From an uncultured Candidatus Saccharibacteria bacterium (GTDB lineage Bacteria; Patescibacteriota; Saccharimonadia; Saccharimonadales; Saccharimonadaceae): a stretch of 64,000 nucleotides of DNA. The notes under the pieces are model-generated. The model saw nothing but the letters and a program-made list of their open reading frames with translations. It did no database searches and was not told where the DNA came from. This document shows positions 27,178 through 36,874 of this stretch, piece after piece. Where the stretch lies: NCBI GenBank assembly GCA_964545515.1, contig CAZJFK010000001.1, positions 48,544 to 112,543 of the forward strand, read 5' to 3'. The translations under genes were made by a program, and so were the position numbers. Every line of letters begins with the position of its first letter. Position 1 is the stretch's first letter.

Positions 27178-27663
27178 CTATTTTACACCTACATCGTAAT
27201 GTTCGCCACCCGCATCTTCCATATTCTGCGCTAGTTCTTCGGTACGCTTCACTTTGCCCATAATTATCTGGTGGGCTCCCATGACGTCACCTTCACTTTC
27301 GGTTAGTGCAAAATCAGCCTCAGATAAATCATCGCGTAATTCGGCGATTTGTTTGTTATCTTTGTCGGCATCAGCCTTGCGAATAGCATCAACATAACGC
27401 TTCTGCACCTCATTTTTAGGATCCATAGTTACTGTCAGATCCAAAAGTATATTAGACGCTCGACGCAATCTAGCCGATATCGTCCTAAATCCATCACCGT
27501 GCTCGGCCATAGCATGAGCTCGGTCAATATTTTCTTCTGGTCCGGGTACGTGACCGCTATGGAACCTGGTGTGTTTTTCTGGCATGTATTTTCCTGTTTG
27601 TTTATTTTGGTGGATTACGGTTTGATTATACTTTAAAAAGTCTATTTTGTCAATAGTGCTCAT
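27178..27663 (-). CDS. Hypothetical protein (161 aa, or 135 aa from ATG 27585), paralogue of the previous ORF
   Basis: See the shared motifs above. The internal ATG 27585 (MPEKHTRFH) is preceded by CAGGAAAA and may be the real start. Confidence 0.6.
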   Translation of the reverse strand: MSTIDKIDFLKYNQTVIHQNKQTGKYMPEKHTRFHSGHVPGPEENIDRAHAMAEHGDGFRTISARLRRASNILLDLTVTMDPKNEVQKRYVDAIRKADADKDNKQIAELRDDLSEADFALTESEGDVMGAHQIIMGKVKRTEELAQNMEDAGGEHYDVGVK

Positions 27664-27700
27664 GGTTTACGAAAACAATAATTAGTGCCATACTATCCCC

Positions 27701-28522
27701 ATGACGATTTCATCATGGATTGAGTCGGCAACTGCTATCCTAAAAGATAGCGGCATAGATTCGGCTCGCCTTGATGCAGAACTCCTACTTGCACACACTA
27801 TTCGGCGCCCCCGTACATATTTGCACGCCCATGGTAGTGATGAAATTGAACCCCAGCACCTAGATGTTGCCGATGCCAGGCTAGAACTCCGTCGTAACCG
27901 CACTCCACTAGCTTATATCGTAGGCCACAAAGAATTCTATGGTCGGCGATTCAAGACCACACCCTCAGCCCTAATACCTAGGCCTGAAAGTGAAGCAATC
28001 ATCGAAATACTAACCGAGCTAGTGCCCAAAACTCTCCTCAATTCACCCTACCAAGTGACGCTAGTTGATGTCGGAACTGGTACGGGCTGCTTAGGTATTA
28101 CCGCCAAACTTGAATACCCCGTGCTAGATGTTACCCTGGTCGATATCGATGTCCATACCCTCAACCTAGCCAACGAAAATGCCGAGATACTATCGGCTGA
28201 CGTACATTTAATCAAAAACGACCTACTAAAAGGCTTCATTACTAAAATTGACTACATAATCGCCAATCTACCCTACGTCGATAGCTCCTGGGAAGTTAGC
28301 CCCGAAACAGAATCCGAACCAAGCGGAGCGCTATACGCTAGCGATGGAGGATTAGCGCTAATCTACAAACTTATTGATCAAGCAACAACCCTACTATCAG
28401 CAAATGGCTACCTAATATTAGAATCTGATATACGTCAACATGGCGATATCATCAAATACGCACTTGCGGCCGGGCTAAAACACTTAGAGACTCGCGGTTT
28501 AATTACGGTATTTAGCCGTTAA
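27701..28522 (+). CDS. prmC: Release factor glutamine N5-methyltransferase PrmC/HemK
   Basis: HemK N-domain (RLDAELLLAHTIRRPRTYLHAH, PLAYIVGHKEFYGRRF), SAM motif VDVGTGTGCLGI, and catalytic tetrad present as NLPY. TGcCATACT lies 6 nt from the ATG. Confidence 0.9.
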   Translation: MTISSWIESATAILKDSGIDSARLDAELLLAHTIRRPRTYLHAHGSDEIEPQHLDVADARLELRRNRTPLAYIVGHKEFYGRRFKTTPSALIPRPESEAIIEILTELVPKTLLNSPYQVTLVDVGTGTGCLGITAKLEYPVLDVTLVDIDVHTLNLANENAEILSADVHLIKNDLLKGFITKIDYIIANLPYVDSSWEVSPETESEPSGALYASDGGLALIYKLIDQATTLLSANGYLILESDIRQHGDIIKYALAAGLKHLETRGLITVFSR

Positions 28523-29712
28523 TTACTACTATATTCAACGAGAGTGACAGTAACAGTCCGATTATGACCGTCACGCAGCAAAGTTAGTTTCACCTTATCT
28601 CCGACAGCGTATTCCGAAACCAAACTAGACAAACTACCCTTGGTGCCAACTTCTAAGTCGCCAACCTTAGTGATGACGTCGCCATCCTTGATACCGGCCT
28701 GGTCCGCAGGACTACCTTCAACGACACTATTAGTATTGTCATCACTAGTTATATATGCGCCCCTGGTGACTGATAGTTTATACTTCTTGGCAAGCTGAGG
28801 AGTAAGGCCGACATAACGCACGCCCAGATACCCCTTTGCAACCTTGCCATCCCGAAGTAACGTTTTGATGAGACCTTTGGCGGAATTGATAGGTATAGCA
28901 AAACCTATACCTTGCGCGCCCTGAGCGACGGCTGTATTGATACCGATAATCTGACCAGCCAGATTGACAAGTGGACCGCCCGAGTTACCCGGATTTATAG
29001 CGGCATCTGTTTGGAGCAAATCGGTCAGACTCTCGACTTGATTGTCCTCACTCTGAGCTGTAACTGGCCTACCGACCCCTGATATAATACCGCTAGTTAC
29101 AGTATTTTGATATTCACCAAGCGAATTACCGATAGCAATGACGTTTTGCCCGATACGTACCGAGCTAGAATCACCTAGCGTCACCGGGACGAAATTCTTG
29201 GCACCTGTAACCTTCAAAAAAGCTAAATCATTGAGCGGATCAGTGCCAATTAGTTTGACATTGCTATATTCAGTGCCGTCACTAGTCATAACCGATATAC
29301 TACTACTGCCCGATACGACGTGTTTATTGGTCAAGATATAGCCACTTTTGCTCAAAATCATACCACTACCCGCCCCAGTATTCGTTTGGGTTCCAAAAAA
29401 CGTCTGACTCGTACCCTTAGTTATAATAGACACGACACTTGTACCAACTTTATTGGCAACGGCGGCTATGTTTTCTTCGCCCTCGCTCACTATAGCATTG
29501 CCGTCTTTGGCACCAAAATGATTAATTGTAGTCGTCTCGCTTAGTTTATACGCCAAAAAACCACCCCCTAGCCCTACGATAAAACATAACACCACGAGTA
29601 GTGTCGAGCTAATAAACTGTTTCGTTGGATGCACCTTGCGACCGCGACTGACGGCTTTATATGTGGAGCTACGGCCCACACGAGATTCGTTTTGTTTCCT
29701 ATCCTTTTCCAT
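28519..29712 (-). CDS. HtrA/DegP-like trypsin-fold serine protease with N-terminal TM anchor and one PDZ domain
   Basis: Catalytic His (LTNKHVV), Asp (DLAFLKV) and Ser (GNSGGPLVN). PDZ segment PADQAGIKDGDVITKVG. Confidence 0.92.
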   Translation of the reverse strand: MEKDRKQNESRVGRSSTYKAVSRGRKVHPTKQFISSTLLVVLCFIVGLGGGFLAYKLSETTTINHFGAKDGNAIVSEGEENIAAVANKVGTSVVSIITKGTSQTFFGTQTNTGAGSGMILSKSGYILTNKHVVSGSSSISVMTSDGTEYSNVKLIGTDPLNDLAFLKVTGAKNFVPVTLGDSSSVRIGQNVIAIGNSLGEYQNTVTSGIISGVGRPVTAQSEDNQVESLTDLLQTDAAINPGNSGGPLVNLAGQIIGINTAVAQGAQGIGFAIPINSAKGLIKTLLRDGKVAKGYLGVRYVGLTPQLAKKYKLSVTRGAYITSDDNTNSVVEGSPADQAGIKDGDVITKVGDLEVGTKGSLSSLVSEYAVGDKVKLTLLRDGHNRTVTVTLVEYSSN

Positions 29713-29760
29713 ATACCACCAAGTTTACATTTGCTATCTTACAGAGAGCTTAACCATTAT

Positions 29761-30543
29761 TTATTGGCTTGGCGCACCAAAACCAACGAATATAACGACC
29801 ACGAGAGCTAACACAAAAATTATAGGTAGTAGAACGTCATTCACCATGATTTTTTCGTGACGATGCTGCGATACATAGAGTTTTTCAGCCAAAAAACTAA
29901 GTGCTATTAATATGAAGCTTATTTGTGGCACACGCAAACCAGCCATAAACGGCAGCTCATAAGCGATAGTCCAATGATAAAAAAGCCACGCCAACTCGGC
30001 GCAGACCAAACCCCAGACAAGACTTAGGAATTTAACGTTTTTCTCAGAACGCGAAGCCAATACGTGACTAGCCGACGAGTATCCAATAATCCATATTAGG
30101 AATACGTATAGAACCGACCACCACGAGTAAGCAACGCTTGTTACGGCCATTGAACCAACAAATATAGCAGCACCAGCTTGCATAGATACGTAGATTTTAC
30201 GCGAAGCTGGTTTGAGCAATAATAGCCATAATGCATAAAATAGCGTGATAATTACTTGTGCATTAAAATCACCCTGAGCTGATTGTCCCGCCAAATATAT
30301 TAGAGTAAGCGTACTAACACTAACCGTCACATCGACTAAATTAGATTCGATATGTTTGTACCAAAACCTCGGTCGGACCGCCAAGACTCGCCATTTACTG
30401 AGGAATATTAACGCCAAACCTCCCCACATCGTGCCAGTTATCACTGTCACGGCCAGAATAGCAGCAGCGAGCCCTAAATTCAGTACTACATAAATAGTCT
30501 CGCTAATTGCAGTTCGTCTTTTGACTGTACGAAGTAACTCCAT
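29761..30543 (-). CDS. Hypothetical polytopic membrane protein (about 8 TM)
   Basis: Uniformly hydrophobic 260-aa ORF between the HtrA-like and LCP genes. No motif recognised. Confidence 0.65.
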   Translation of the reverse strand: MELLRTVKRRTAISETIYVVLNLGLAAAILAVTVITGTMWGGLALIFLSKWRVLAVRPRFWYKHIESNLVDVTVSVSTLTLIYLAGQSAQGDFNAQVIITLFYALWLLLLKPASRKIYVSMQAGAAIFVGSMAVTSVAYSWWSVLYVFLIWIIGYSSASHVLASRSEKNVKFLSLVWGLVCAELAWLFYHWTIAYELPFMAGLRVPQISFILIALSFLAEKLYVSQHRHEKIMVNDVLLPIIFVLALVVVIFVGFGAPSQ

Positions 30544-30562
30544 ATCTACCTAATTATAGCAT

Positions 30563-32257
30563 TTAATCCGTCTTGGTCGGTTGTGGACCGATGACTATCA
30601 CAAATTGTACAGTATCATCGACGCTAATCGGTGGATTCTTAGTAGATATAGATACCTTGTAGCGCTTAGCCAGGGCCGCCGCTGTGGCCGGACTCTTTGA
30701 GCCAATCTTGTATATTGCGTAGCGAGCCTTGATCTTGGTCGGAGAATCACCAGTATCAACTACATTGTAGCCGGCCTCTGTTAGTTTGTCGGCCTCGGTG
30801 CCAGCTACACCAGGCTCACCAGAGCCATTAAGTACCACTATGGCAGCCGCCTCACGCGTCACTGGACTTGAATTTAATTGCTTGTTTACATACGCACGAA
30901 GCTCACCATATTCATACAAACCAGCAGCTGGTTGCACAACACTCTGGCCGCTAACCATGCCAGTCGACATCATGGACTGTTCTTTGTCATTAAGTGCGAT
31001 AGACTGTATTTTGTCACTAGGAATATCCTTCGCAAGCGACACCAAGGTACGAATTTCTTTGGCTTCAAAAGTCGTACGAAGATTATTACCAAGAGCATTG
31101 ATAATCGATGTCACCTTACCAAAATCAGACAGCACACCTGCACTCAGAGCCTTTTTCTGCAAGGCGACTAGTATCTTGCGTTGGTTGTTTTCACGGTCGA
31201 AATTAGACTGAACGAGACCCCATGTGGGCGACGAATCACCCCTAGCCTGGGCTAGGTACAATATATGCTCGGCGTCTAGTACGTTTGGACCGGCCGGCAA
31301 ATCAATGAAGTGACCGCGAGGAGGGCACCTCTTTAAACGCTCAGCGTAACTAACCCGCCAATCACCGACACCACACTTCCAATCAAAATTGCTGTCCATA
31401 ATACTACCTGGCGCTACACCAGCAGGAGTAGGTCCATCACCCTCTATATTTATAGTCAGATGGCCGCCAACAGCCTTTACTAGATCGCGCATAACTGTGT
31501 AATTGACATTTACACCATACTGAATATCGAGACCGAAGATATCGCCTATGAAATCAGCTGTTTTAAGTAAAGCCTTGCGGTCTTCTTCGACACCCTCTTT
31601 ATTATCATGAACACAACTATAATAGGCGTTAATCTTGCCCACGTAGCCTGATGGACAGGCCCGAGAATACTGTACATACAAATCACGCGGAATACTAATC
31701 ATATAAGCGTTCTTTTTCTTTTGATTGATACTAACAATCATCATGGAATCAGTTAAATTAGCACCCTCGTGCCCAGGGTCGTCTTCGGATGTACCTAGAA
31801 TCAAAATATTACTGCGACCATTGGCGTCTTCTTTGAGTGGTGCATTTTGAAAAAGCCCCAGAAGATTACCTTTGAATATATTGCCGCTAGCAAGTATCAA
31901 ATTTACCGCAAAATACCCGCCATAGCCTAGGCCACCAATCAATAAAATAATACCGAGCCATTTTAATATACGCTTTTTGCCAAATTTACGCTTGAGCTTA
32001 GGAGCTTTACGTGGCTTGGATTTACTACGGTCCTCTTGGTCTTCGTACTCGATATCACGAAGTGAAGCATCTATCTCAGCACGACTAATACTACTCTGAG
32101 TTGGACGTGGTGGCTGTTTTTTGGATCTAGCCTCATCTTCCTTGGTAGAAATGCCCTGCAAAATATCTGGATCTTTTTCGCCAGAGATAGCACCGCCTAC
32201 ACGCCTGCCTGGCTGTCGGGGTACAAAACCTTCCATAGATGTCGGTCGTCTCGCCAT
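30563..32257 (-). CDS. LCP (LytR-CpsA-Psr) family protein with a C-terminal LytR_C-like domain
   Basis: Basic cytoplasmic tail, TM helix, LCP core (NILILGTSEDD...NLTDSMMIVSI...ISIPRD), and a C-terminal VVLNGSGEPGVAG segment. Confidence 0.88.
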   Translation of the reverse strand: MARRPTSMEGFVPRQPGRRVGGAISGEKDPDILQGISTKEDEARSKKQPPRPTQSSISRAEIDASLRDIEYEDQEDRSKSKPRKAPKLKRKFGKKRILKWLGIILLIGGLGYGGYFAVNLILASGNIFKGNLLGLFQNAPLKEDANGRSNILILGTSEDDPGHEGANLTDSMMIVSINQKKKNAYMISIPRDLYVQYSRACPSGYVGKINAYYSCVHDNKEGVEEDRKALLKTADFIGDIFGLDIQYGVNVNYTVMRDLVKAVGGHLTINIEGDGPTPAGVAPGSIMDSNFDWKCGVGDWRVSYAERLKRCPPRGHFIDLPAGPNVLDAEHILYLAQARGDSSPTWGLVQSNFDRENNQRKILVALQKKALSAGVLSDFGKVTSIINALGNNLRTTFEAKEIRTLVSLAKDIPSDKIQSIALNDKEQSMMSTGMVSGQSVVQPAAGLYEYGELRAYVNKQLNSSPVTREAAAIVVLNGSGEPGVAGTEADKLTEAGYNVVDTGDSPTKIKARYAIYKIGSKSPATAAALAKRYKVSISTKNPPISVDDTVQFVIVIGPQPTKTD

Positions 32258-32340
32258 AAATACTTATTCTACTATACAGAATTTTTATGCTTATGAATAG
32301 ATTGTAGTATGGAGATTTTAAGTATTTTACTATATATTAG

Positions 32341-32946
32341 GTGGAAGTGAACGAATTAAAAAACACAAAATTTCTCTGGTTAAAAGATTTCATCAGCCTA
32401 TTACTATTTATCTTGGCAGTAATCGTTGGTACGTTGCTGATTAACACTTATGTTTTTCGTAGTTTTAGCGTCTCGGGGCCAAGCATGGAAAAAACCCTAT
32501 ACACCGGTGATCGATTAATCGTCGATCGGGTGCCCGTCACCTGGGCACAGCTACGTAATCAATCTTATGTGCCTCCGCGCGGGCAAGTGATTGTATTCAA
32601 AAACCCACAATTTACAAGTGGTAGCCCCGACGAATACATCGTAAAACGAGTGATTGGCCTCCCTGGTGAACGAGTGGTGCTCAAAGATGGTCATTTCACC
32701 GTCTACAACCACGATAATCCCAATGGATTTAACCCAGATGACAATAATCACGGCGAACCAGGCAGCCCTACCAGTGGTACTGGCGACTGGACCGTCCCAA
32801 CAGGCACACTATTCGTTAGTGGCGACCACCGCCAAGGCAATTATTCATATGACTCACGTAGCGGTTTAGGTTTTATACCCCTGTACGATGTAGTTGGTCC
32901 AGTCAGCGTACGGATATTTCCGTTTACCGAAATGCGATTTTTCTAG
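32341..32946 (+). CDS. lepB: Signal peptidase I
   Basis: Catalytic Ser box SGPSMEKTL, KRVIGLPGE, and GDHRQGNYSYDSR. GTG start. Confidence 0.9.
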   Translation: MEVNELKNTKFLWLKDFISLLLFILAVIVGTLLINTYVFRSFSVSGPSMEKTLYTGDRLIVDRVPVTWAQLRNQSYVPPRGQVIVFKNPQFTSGSPDEYIVKRVIGLPGERVVLKDGHFTVYNHDNPNGFNPDDNNHGEPGSPTSGTGDWTVPTGTLFVSGDHRQGNYSYDSRSGLGFIPLYDVVGPVSVRIFPFTEMRFF

Positions 32947-32947
32947 A

Positions 32948-33817
32948 TTAACCTAGTTTTTGCTCAATTGATTTTAGCTCTGATTCACTCTTGAAACGAA
33001 TTACTATCTGACCGCCGCCCTTGCTGTTAGTCCGAACAGACACTTCATCGGTGCCCAAACGGCTACGCCAATGCTTTGCGACAGGGCTATCGACAGTGGA
33101 CTTAGCTAACTTTTTGACAGGTTTTTTGCCTTTTAGATCAACAACGTACTGCTCGATTTGACGAGCACTCCATCCTTCGTTGATGATACGCGGCAAAATA
33201 GTTGTCACAATATCGTCACTAGCACCCACTAGTGGCCTAGCTTGTCCCTCTGTTAAGCTGCCGTCCTCTAGCGCACTACGAGCCTCCACGGGCAGCCTAA
33301 GTAGACGCATGGTATTACTAATACTGCTAGCAGATTTGCCACCAACACGTTTGCCGATTTCATCGAGCGATAGATTGAACTGATCGCGAAGTTTCAGATA
33401 AGCCGTAGCTGTTTCGAGCGGGCTCAAATCACGTCGCTGTACGTTCTCGATGAGCGACACCTCTAATTTACGCTGACCGTCCATAGTACGTACAAGTGCT
33501 GGGACTGTCTTAAGTCCAGCTAGCTTAGATGCACGATAACGCCGCTCACCAGCAACAATTTCAAACTTATCACCAGTAGCTACGACGACAATCGGCTGCA
33601 AGACACCATGCTCTTTGATAGATGCCGCTAGCTCCCCCAGGGCTACTTCGTCGAATTTACGCCTGGGCTGGTCAGGATCGGCCTGAACATCACTAAGTTT
33701 GAGCTCGCGGAGCTGGCTAATTTTGCCATCTTGCGAAGCAGTAGGATCAAGTGACTCCTCGATAAGTTCAGTTGGTATCAGCGAATCAAAGCCTCGCCCC
33801 AGGCCCCTACTAATCAT
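32948..33817 (-). CDS. parB: Chromosome partitioning protein ParB
   Basis: GLGRGFDSLIP, QPRRKFD, GVLQPIVV, IVAGERRYRA, HTH segment. Confidence 0.95.
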   Translation of the reverse strand: MISRGLGRGFDSLIPTELIEESLDPTASQDGKISQLRELKLSDVQADPDQPRRKFDEVALGELAASIKEHGVLQPIVVVATGDKFEIVAGERRYRASKLAGLKTVPALVRTMDGQRKLEVSLIENVQRRDLSPLETATAYLKLRDQFNLSLDEIGKRVGGKSASSISNTMRLLRLPVEARSALEDGSLTEGQARPLVGASDDIVTTILPRIINEGWSARQIEQYVVDLKGKKPVKKLAKSTVDSPVAKHWRSRLGTDEVSVRTNSKGGGQIVIRFKSESELKSIEQKLG

Positions 33818-34590
33818 TACGCCTTGCCCTCGATTCTATCAATAATTTCCTTGGTAACTGATTTATAGGCCCTAGCACCTTTGCTCCATTTATCATACGC
33901 CCCTACTGGCTCACCGTGGCTAGGAGCCTCAGCTAAACGAATATTACGTGGAATTGTAGTGTCAAATACCTTGGCTGCAAAATATTTTTTGATTTCAGCG
34001 TGCACTTGATTGCTCAAAGTTGTGCGGCTGTCCATCATAGTAGGCAGCACACCGAGTAGTTCGACGCTAGGATTCATAGCCTTCCTGACCAATTTCATGG
34101 TTTCGAGTAACTGACCGAGGCCTTCTAGGGCATAAAATTCAGCTTGCACTGGTAGTAACACATATTTGGCGGCTATCAGGCCATTAACCGTGAGCAAGCT
34201 CAGACTAGGTGGGCAATCGATGATCATATAGTCATACTCACCAGCCAGCGGAGCTAGGGATTCTTTGAGTCGAGTAAATTTACGCTGGGCACTACCTAGC
34301 TCGGCCTCAGTATTAGCCAGATGAGCAGTTGTCGGTAGTAGTGATAAATTTTTGTGTTCAGTCTTCATTATCACTTCGCTAGCAGGTACTTCACCTAGTA
34401 AAACTTCGCTAATTGTCGATTCTAACTTGACCTTATCTACACCCAAACCGCTCGAAGCATTGCCCTGAGGATCAAGATCAACTAGTAAGACGCGCTTCTT
34501 GGATTTTGCTAAATAATAGGCCACATTAACAGCCGTGGTTGTCTTGCCGACACCGCCCTTTTGATTAGTTACAGCGATTACATGCGCCAC
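33817..34590 (-). CDS. parA: Chromosome partitioning ATPase ParA/Soj
   Basis: Deviant Walker A NQKGGVGKTTTAVN, DLDPQGN, IIDCPPS. Confidence 0.95.
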   Translation of the reverse strand: MAHVIAVTNQKGGVGKTTTAVNVAYYLAKSKKRVLLVDLDPQGNASSGLGVDKVKLESTISEVLLGEVPASEVIMKTEHKNLSLLPTTAHLANTEAELGSAQRKFTRLKESLAPLAGEYDYMIIDCPPSLSLLTVNGLIAAKYVLLPVQAEFYALEGLGQLLETMKLVRKAMNPSVELLGVLPTMMDSRTTLSNQVHAEIKKYFAAKVFDTTIPRNIRLAEAPSHGEPVGAYDKWSKGARAYKSVTKEIIDRIEGKA

Positions 34591-34651
34591 TAGTTATACC
34601 CTCGCTTCATCTAGCCTAATTATAGCATGAGCGTAGACTAACACCCAACAA

Positions 34652-34677
34652 AAATCCCCGCCAGCTAGCGGGGATTT
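34652..34677 (-). terminator. Intrinsic terminator directly after rplU
   Basis: AAATCCCCGC-cagcta-GCGGGGATTT. It separates rplU from parA. Confidence 0.75.
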
Positions 34678-34680
34678 AAG

Positions 34681-34986
34681 TTACTTTATAGATGTTATTT
34701 CAATCTGTGAGTATTTTTGGCGATGCCCGTTTTCTTTGTGGACACGCTTTTTAGACTTGTAACGAATAATGCGGAGCTTGTCGCCCTTTACAAGTGGCTC
34801 GACAACCTTTGCACTAACCTTTACGCCCTTAACAACAGGGGTACCGACTTCGGTTTTATCGCCGTCGATAGTTAAAAGTGCATCAAGAGTGAGCTCTTTT
34901 GTTCCTTCCGGGAGGAGGTCCACCAGGAGGGTCTCTTTTTCGGTGACTACATACTGCTTGCCACCAACCTTGACTACTGCTTTCAT
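34681..34986 (-). CDS. rplU: 50S ribosomal protein L21
   Basis: MKAVVKVGGKQYVVTEKETLLVDLL...KLRIIRYKSKKRVHKENGHRQKYSQIEI. Confidence 0.95.
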   Translation of the reverse strand: MKAVVKVGGKQYVVTEKETLLVDLLPEGTKELTLDALLTIDGDKTEVGTPVVKGVKVSAKVVEPLVKGDKLRIIRYKSKKRVHKENGHRQKYSQIEITSIK

Positions 34987-35017
34987 AATTTCCTTTGTTT
35001 AATTATCAATCTAATAG

Positions 35018-35046
35018 ATTGTAACAGATATGGGCTGGATTTTCAA
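35018..35046 (-). promoter_or_regulatory. rplU promoter TTGAAA-17-TACAAT with TGn extension
   Basis: The minus strand reads TTGAAAATCCAGCCCATATCTGTTACAAT. A 31-nt leader with SD AAAGGAAA follows. Confidence 0.6.
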
Positions 35047-35049
35047 GGC

Positions 35050-35874
35050 CTAACGCTGCACAACGATTGAATTATTGGCATGCAGCCACCCATGTACATT
35101 ACCGCAGTCCATAAATTCACCCGTCGTAGGGATGACCATCACCTGCTGCCCCTGTATGGCGGCGTGCTTCATGGGCTCGATAATATAAAATTCACCCGAA
35201 ACATCAAGTTGAGCATAATTATAAATTGCCGTCAGCATGTCGTAATTGAACAAATATTTACTAATATTAATCTGGTTACTAGGTGCCGTAGCCGGATCGG
35301 GACGCTCTATCACACCTTGAAAAGCCCCAGTGTCTTCGCTAAAATCAATCACACCATAACGCCCAACTTGATCCTGTGGAACAGTGGTCGATAGCATACT
35401 ACTGATACCCTCGGGCGTAGATTCTATCATGCGCTTAATCTCACTACTGCCGTCACGATTGTAGACAAAATCATCGCCACTAACTACTACAACAGATTCG
35501 CCCTTTTGGATAAACTGATACACTAGCGCAGGTGGAATAGCCGTGCCATATTTGCCGTTGGCGTCTTGTTCAATTATTTTGAATATTACCCCAGTTGGTG
35601 GATGTACCAGCTCCAGCATGTCTTGTTTTTTGTTGTATGTCAAAAACTCATTGAGCCGCTCATTCTCCATATAGTAATCACGGATCTGAGTACTTCCTTT
35701 GTTCACAACGATAAATATCTCGCTGATACCCGCCTTGACGATATCACGCACGATGTAATCTATCAGAGGTCTGTTGCCGATAGGAAGCATAGCTTTGTCG
35801 ATTGTCTTAGTAATAGGTAAGCGTCTGGTACCCCAGCCTGCTGCCGATATAATTGCTTTTGTTACTACTGCCAT
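35050..35874 (-). CDS. Sugar-phosphate nucleotidyltransferase (UTP-glucose-1-phosphate uridylyltransferase/GalU-like)
   Basis: N-terminal KAIISAAGWGTRRLPITKTIDKAMLPIGNRPLIDYIV (GxGTRxLPxTK signature). Confidence 0.8.
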   Translation of the reverse strand: MAVVTKAIISAAGWGTRRLPITKTIDKAMLPIGNRPLIDYIVRDIVKAGISEIFIVVNKGSTQIRDYYMENERLNEFLTYNKKQDMLELVHPPTGVIFKIIEQDANGKYGTAIPPALVYQFIQKGESVVVVSGDDFVYNRDGSSEIKRMIESTPEGISSMLSTTVPQDQVGRYGVIDFSEDTGAFQGVIERPDPATAPSNQINISKYLFNYDMLTAIYNYAQLDVSGEFYIIEPMKHAAIQGQQVMVIPTTGEFMDCGNVHGWLHANNSIVVQR

Positions 35875-35894
35875 TTGTATCTCCTTGCCCTATA

Positions 35895-36830
35895 TTATAT
35901 CTGACCACCCGTATATAGCGCTACTATCATAATTGCTAGCACCGTTAAGCCCGAGGCTTTGTATAACGCCTGGTGGTATCGCCAAGATTGGCGCACTGGT
36001 TGCGGTAGTTTTTTGCGATTAATATACGTCACGAGCGACACTACGGCTGCAAATAATACCAATATAACCGAACCAAGTACCGCCGGTGTCATACTCTGTA
36101 ACGCTAAGCCGAATTGCGACATAAAACTCATATTAGCACCGACAATCGGAGCCTCGGTAATAGGCGTGGGCGTCAGACTAACGCCAGCAACAACTGGAGC
36201 TGGCCGTGATCCATACATGGCCACTATCAGTGTCGTGGGCTCACCGTCGAGTACTCCATCTACCACAGCAAAGCCTACGTCAGTGTAGTGTTTGTTCAAA
36301 ATATTTGCCCGGTGCTTGGGCGAGGCCATCCATGCGGCTAGCGTGGAATTGGCCGATGAAAAGTTTTTGGCCAAATTTTCACCTGCATAGTCATAATCAT
36401 AGCCTGCTTTGCTAAACCATACCCAAGGAGTGACGCCACTAGGTGACACGTGAGCCCAATATTGGTGATTAAACATATCGTGAGCTTTCATGGCGGCGGC
36501 TTTGGATAGAGCAGTATTGGAAACTAACGGTTTGTAACCATTGCCAGCTCGCTGAGCATTGGTGTCATCTAGCAGGTGAGTAGTACTAATCGGCTGCTGA
36601 ACACCCAAAACCGACCCACTATGGAGCCAATTAGAGCCAAATATCAACGCTAGAACCACTAATATAAGTAACGCCAAGCCATACCATCGCACTAAATGTG
36701 GACGATAATTATTCTTTTTGTGCGGAACAACAGCCATCTTAACGTGGCGGCGCATATGCTTACGGGTAATCGCCGCTTTTTTGCGGACAGCTACTGGCTT
36801 TTTGATTGATTTCTTTTTGGTATTTGACAT
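35895..36830 (-). CDS. CAP/SCP (PR-1-like, YkwD-type) domain protein with TM segments
   Basis: YWAHVSPSG...YAGENLAKNF...AWMASPKHRANIL is the CAP signature. An N-terminal basic region plus TM, and a C-terminal hydrophobic region. Confidence 0.82.
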   Translation of the reverse strand: MSNTKKKSIKKPVAVRKKAAITRKHMRRHVKMAVVPHKKNNYRPHLVRWYGLALLILVVLALIFGSNWLHSGSVLGVQQPISTTHLLDDTNAQRAGNGYKPLVSNTALSKAAAMKAHDMFNHQYWAHVSPSGVTPWVWFSKAGYDYDYAGENLAKNFSSANSTLAAWMASPKHRANILNKHYTDVGFAVVDGVLDGEPTTLIVAMYGSRPAPVVAGVSLTPTPITEAPIVGANMSFMSQFGLALQSMTPAVLGSVILVLFAAVVSLVTYINRKKLPQPVRQSWRYHQALYKASGLTVLAIMIVALYTGGQI

Positions 36831-36874
36831 AGTGGTGGTACTACTAATGCTTAGTATACCAAATCTACAAATAA

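Noticed and set aside
32328-32343. A leaderless GTG start for lepB (TACTAT, 7 nt, GTG 32341).
   Set aside because: The geometry fits the leaderless pattern, but leaderless initiation normally needs AUG. An alternative GTG at 32347 follows AGGTGGAA. The start is too ambiguous to count as evidence.
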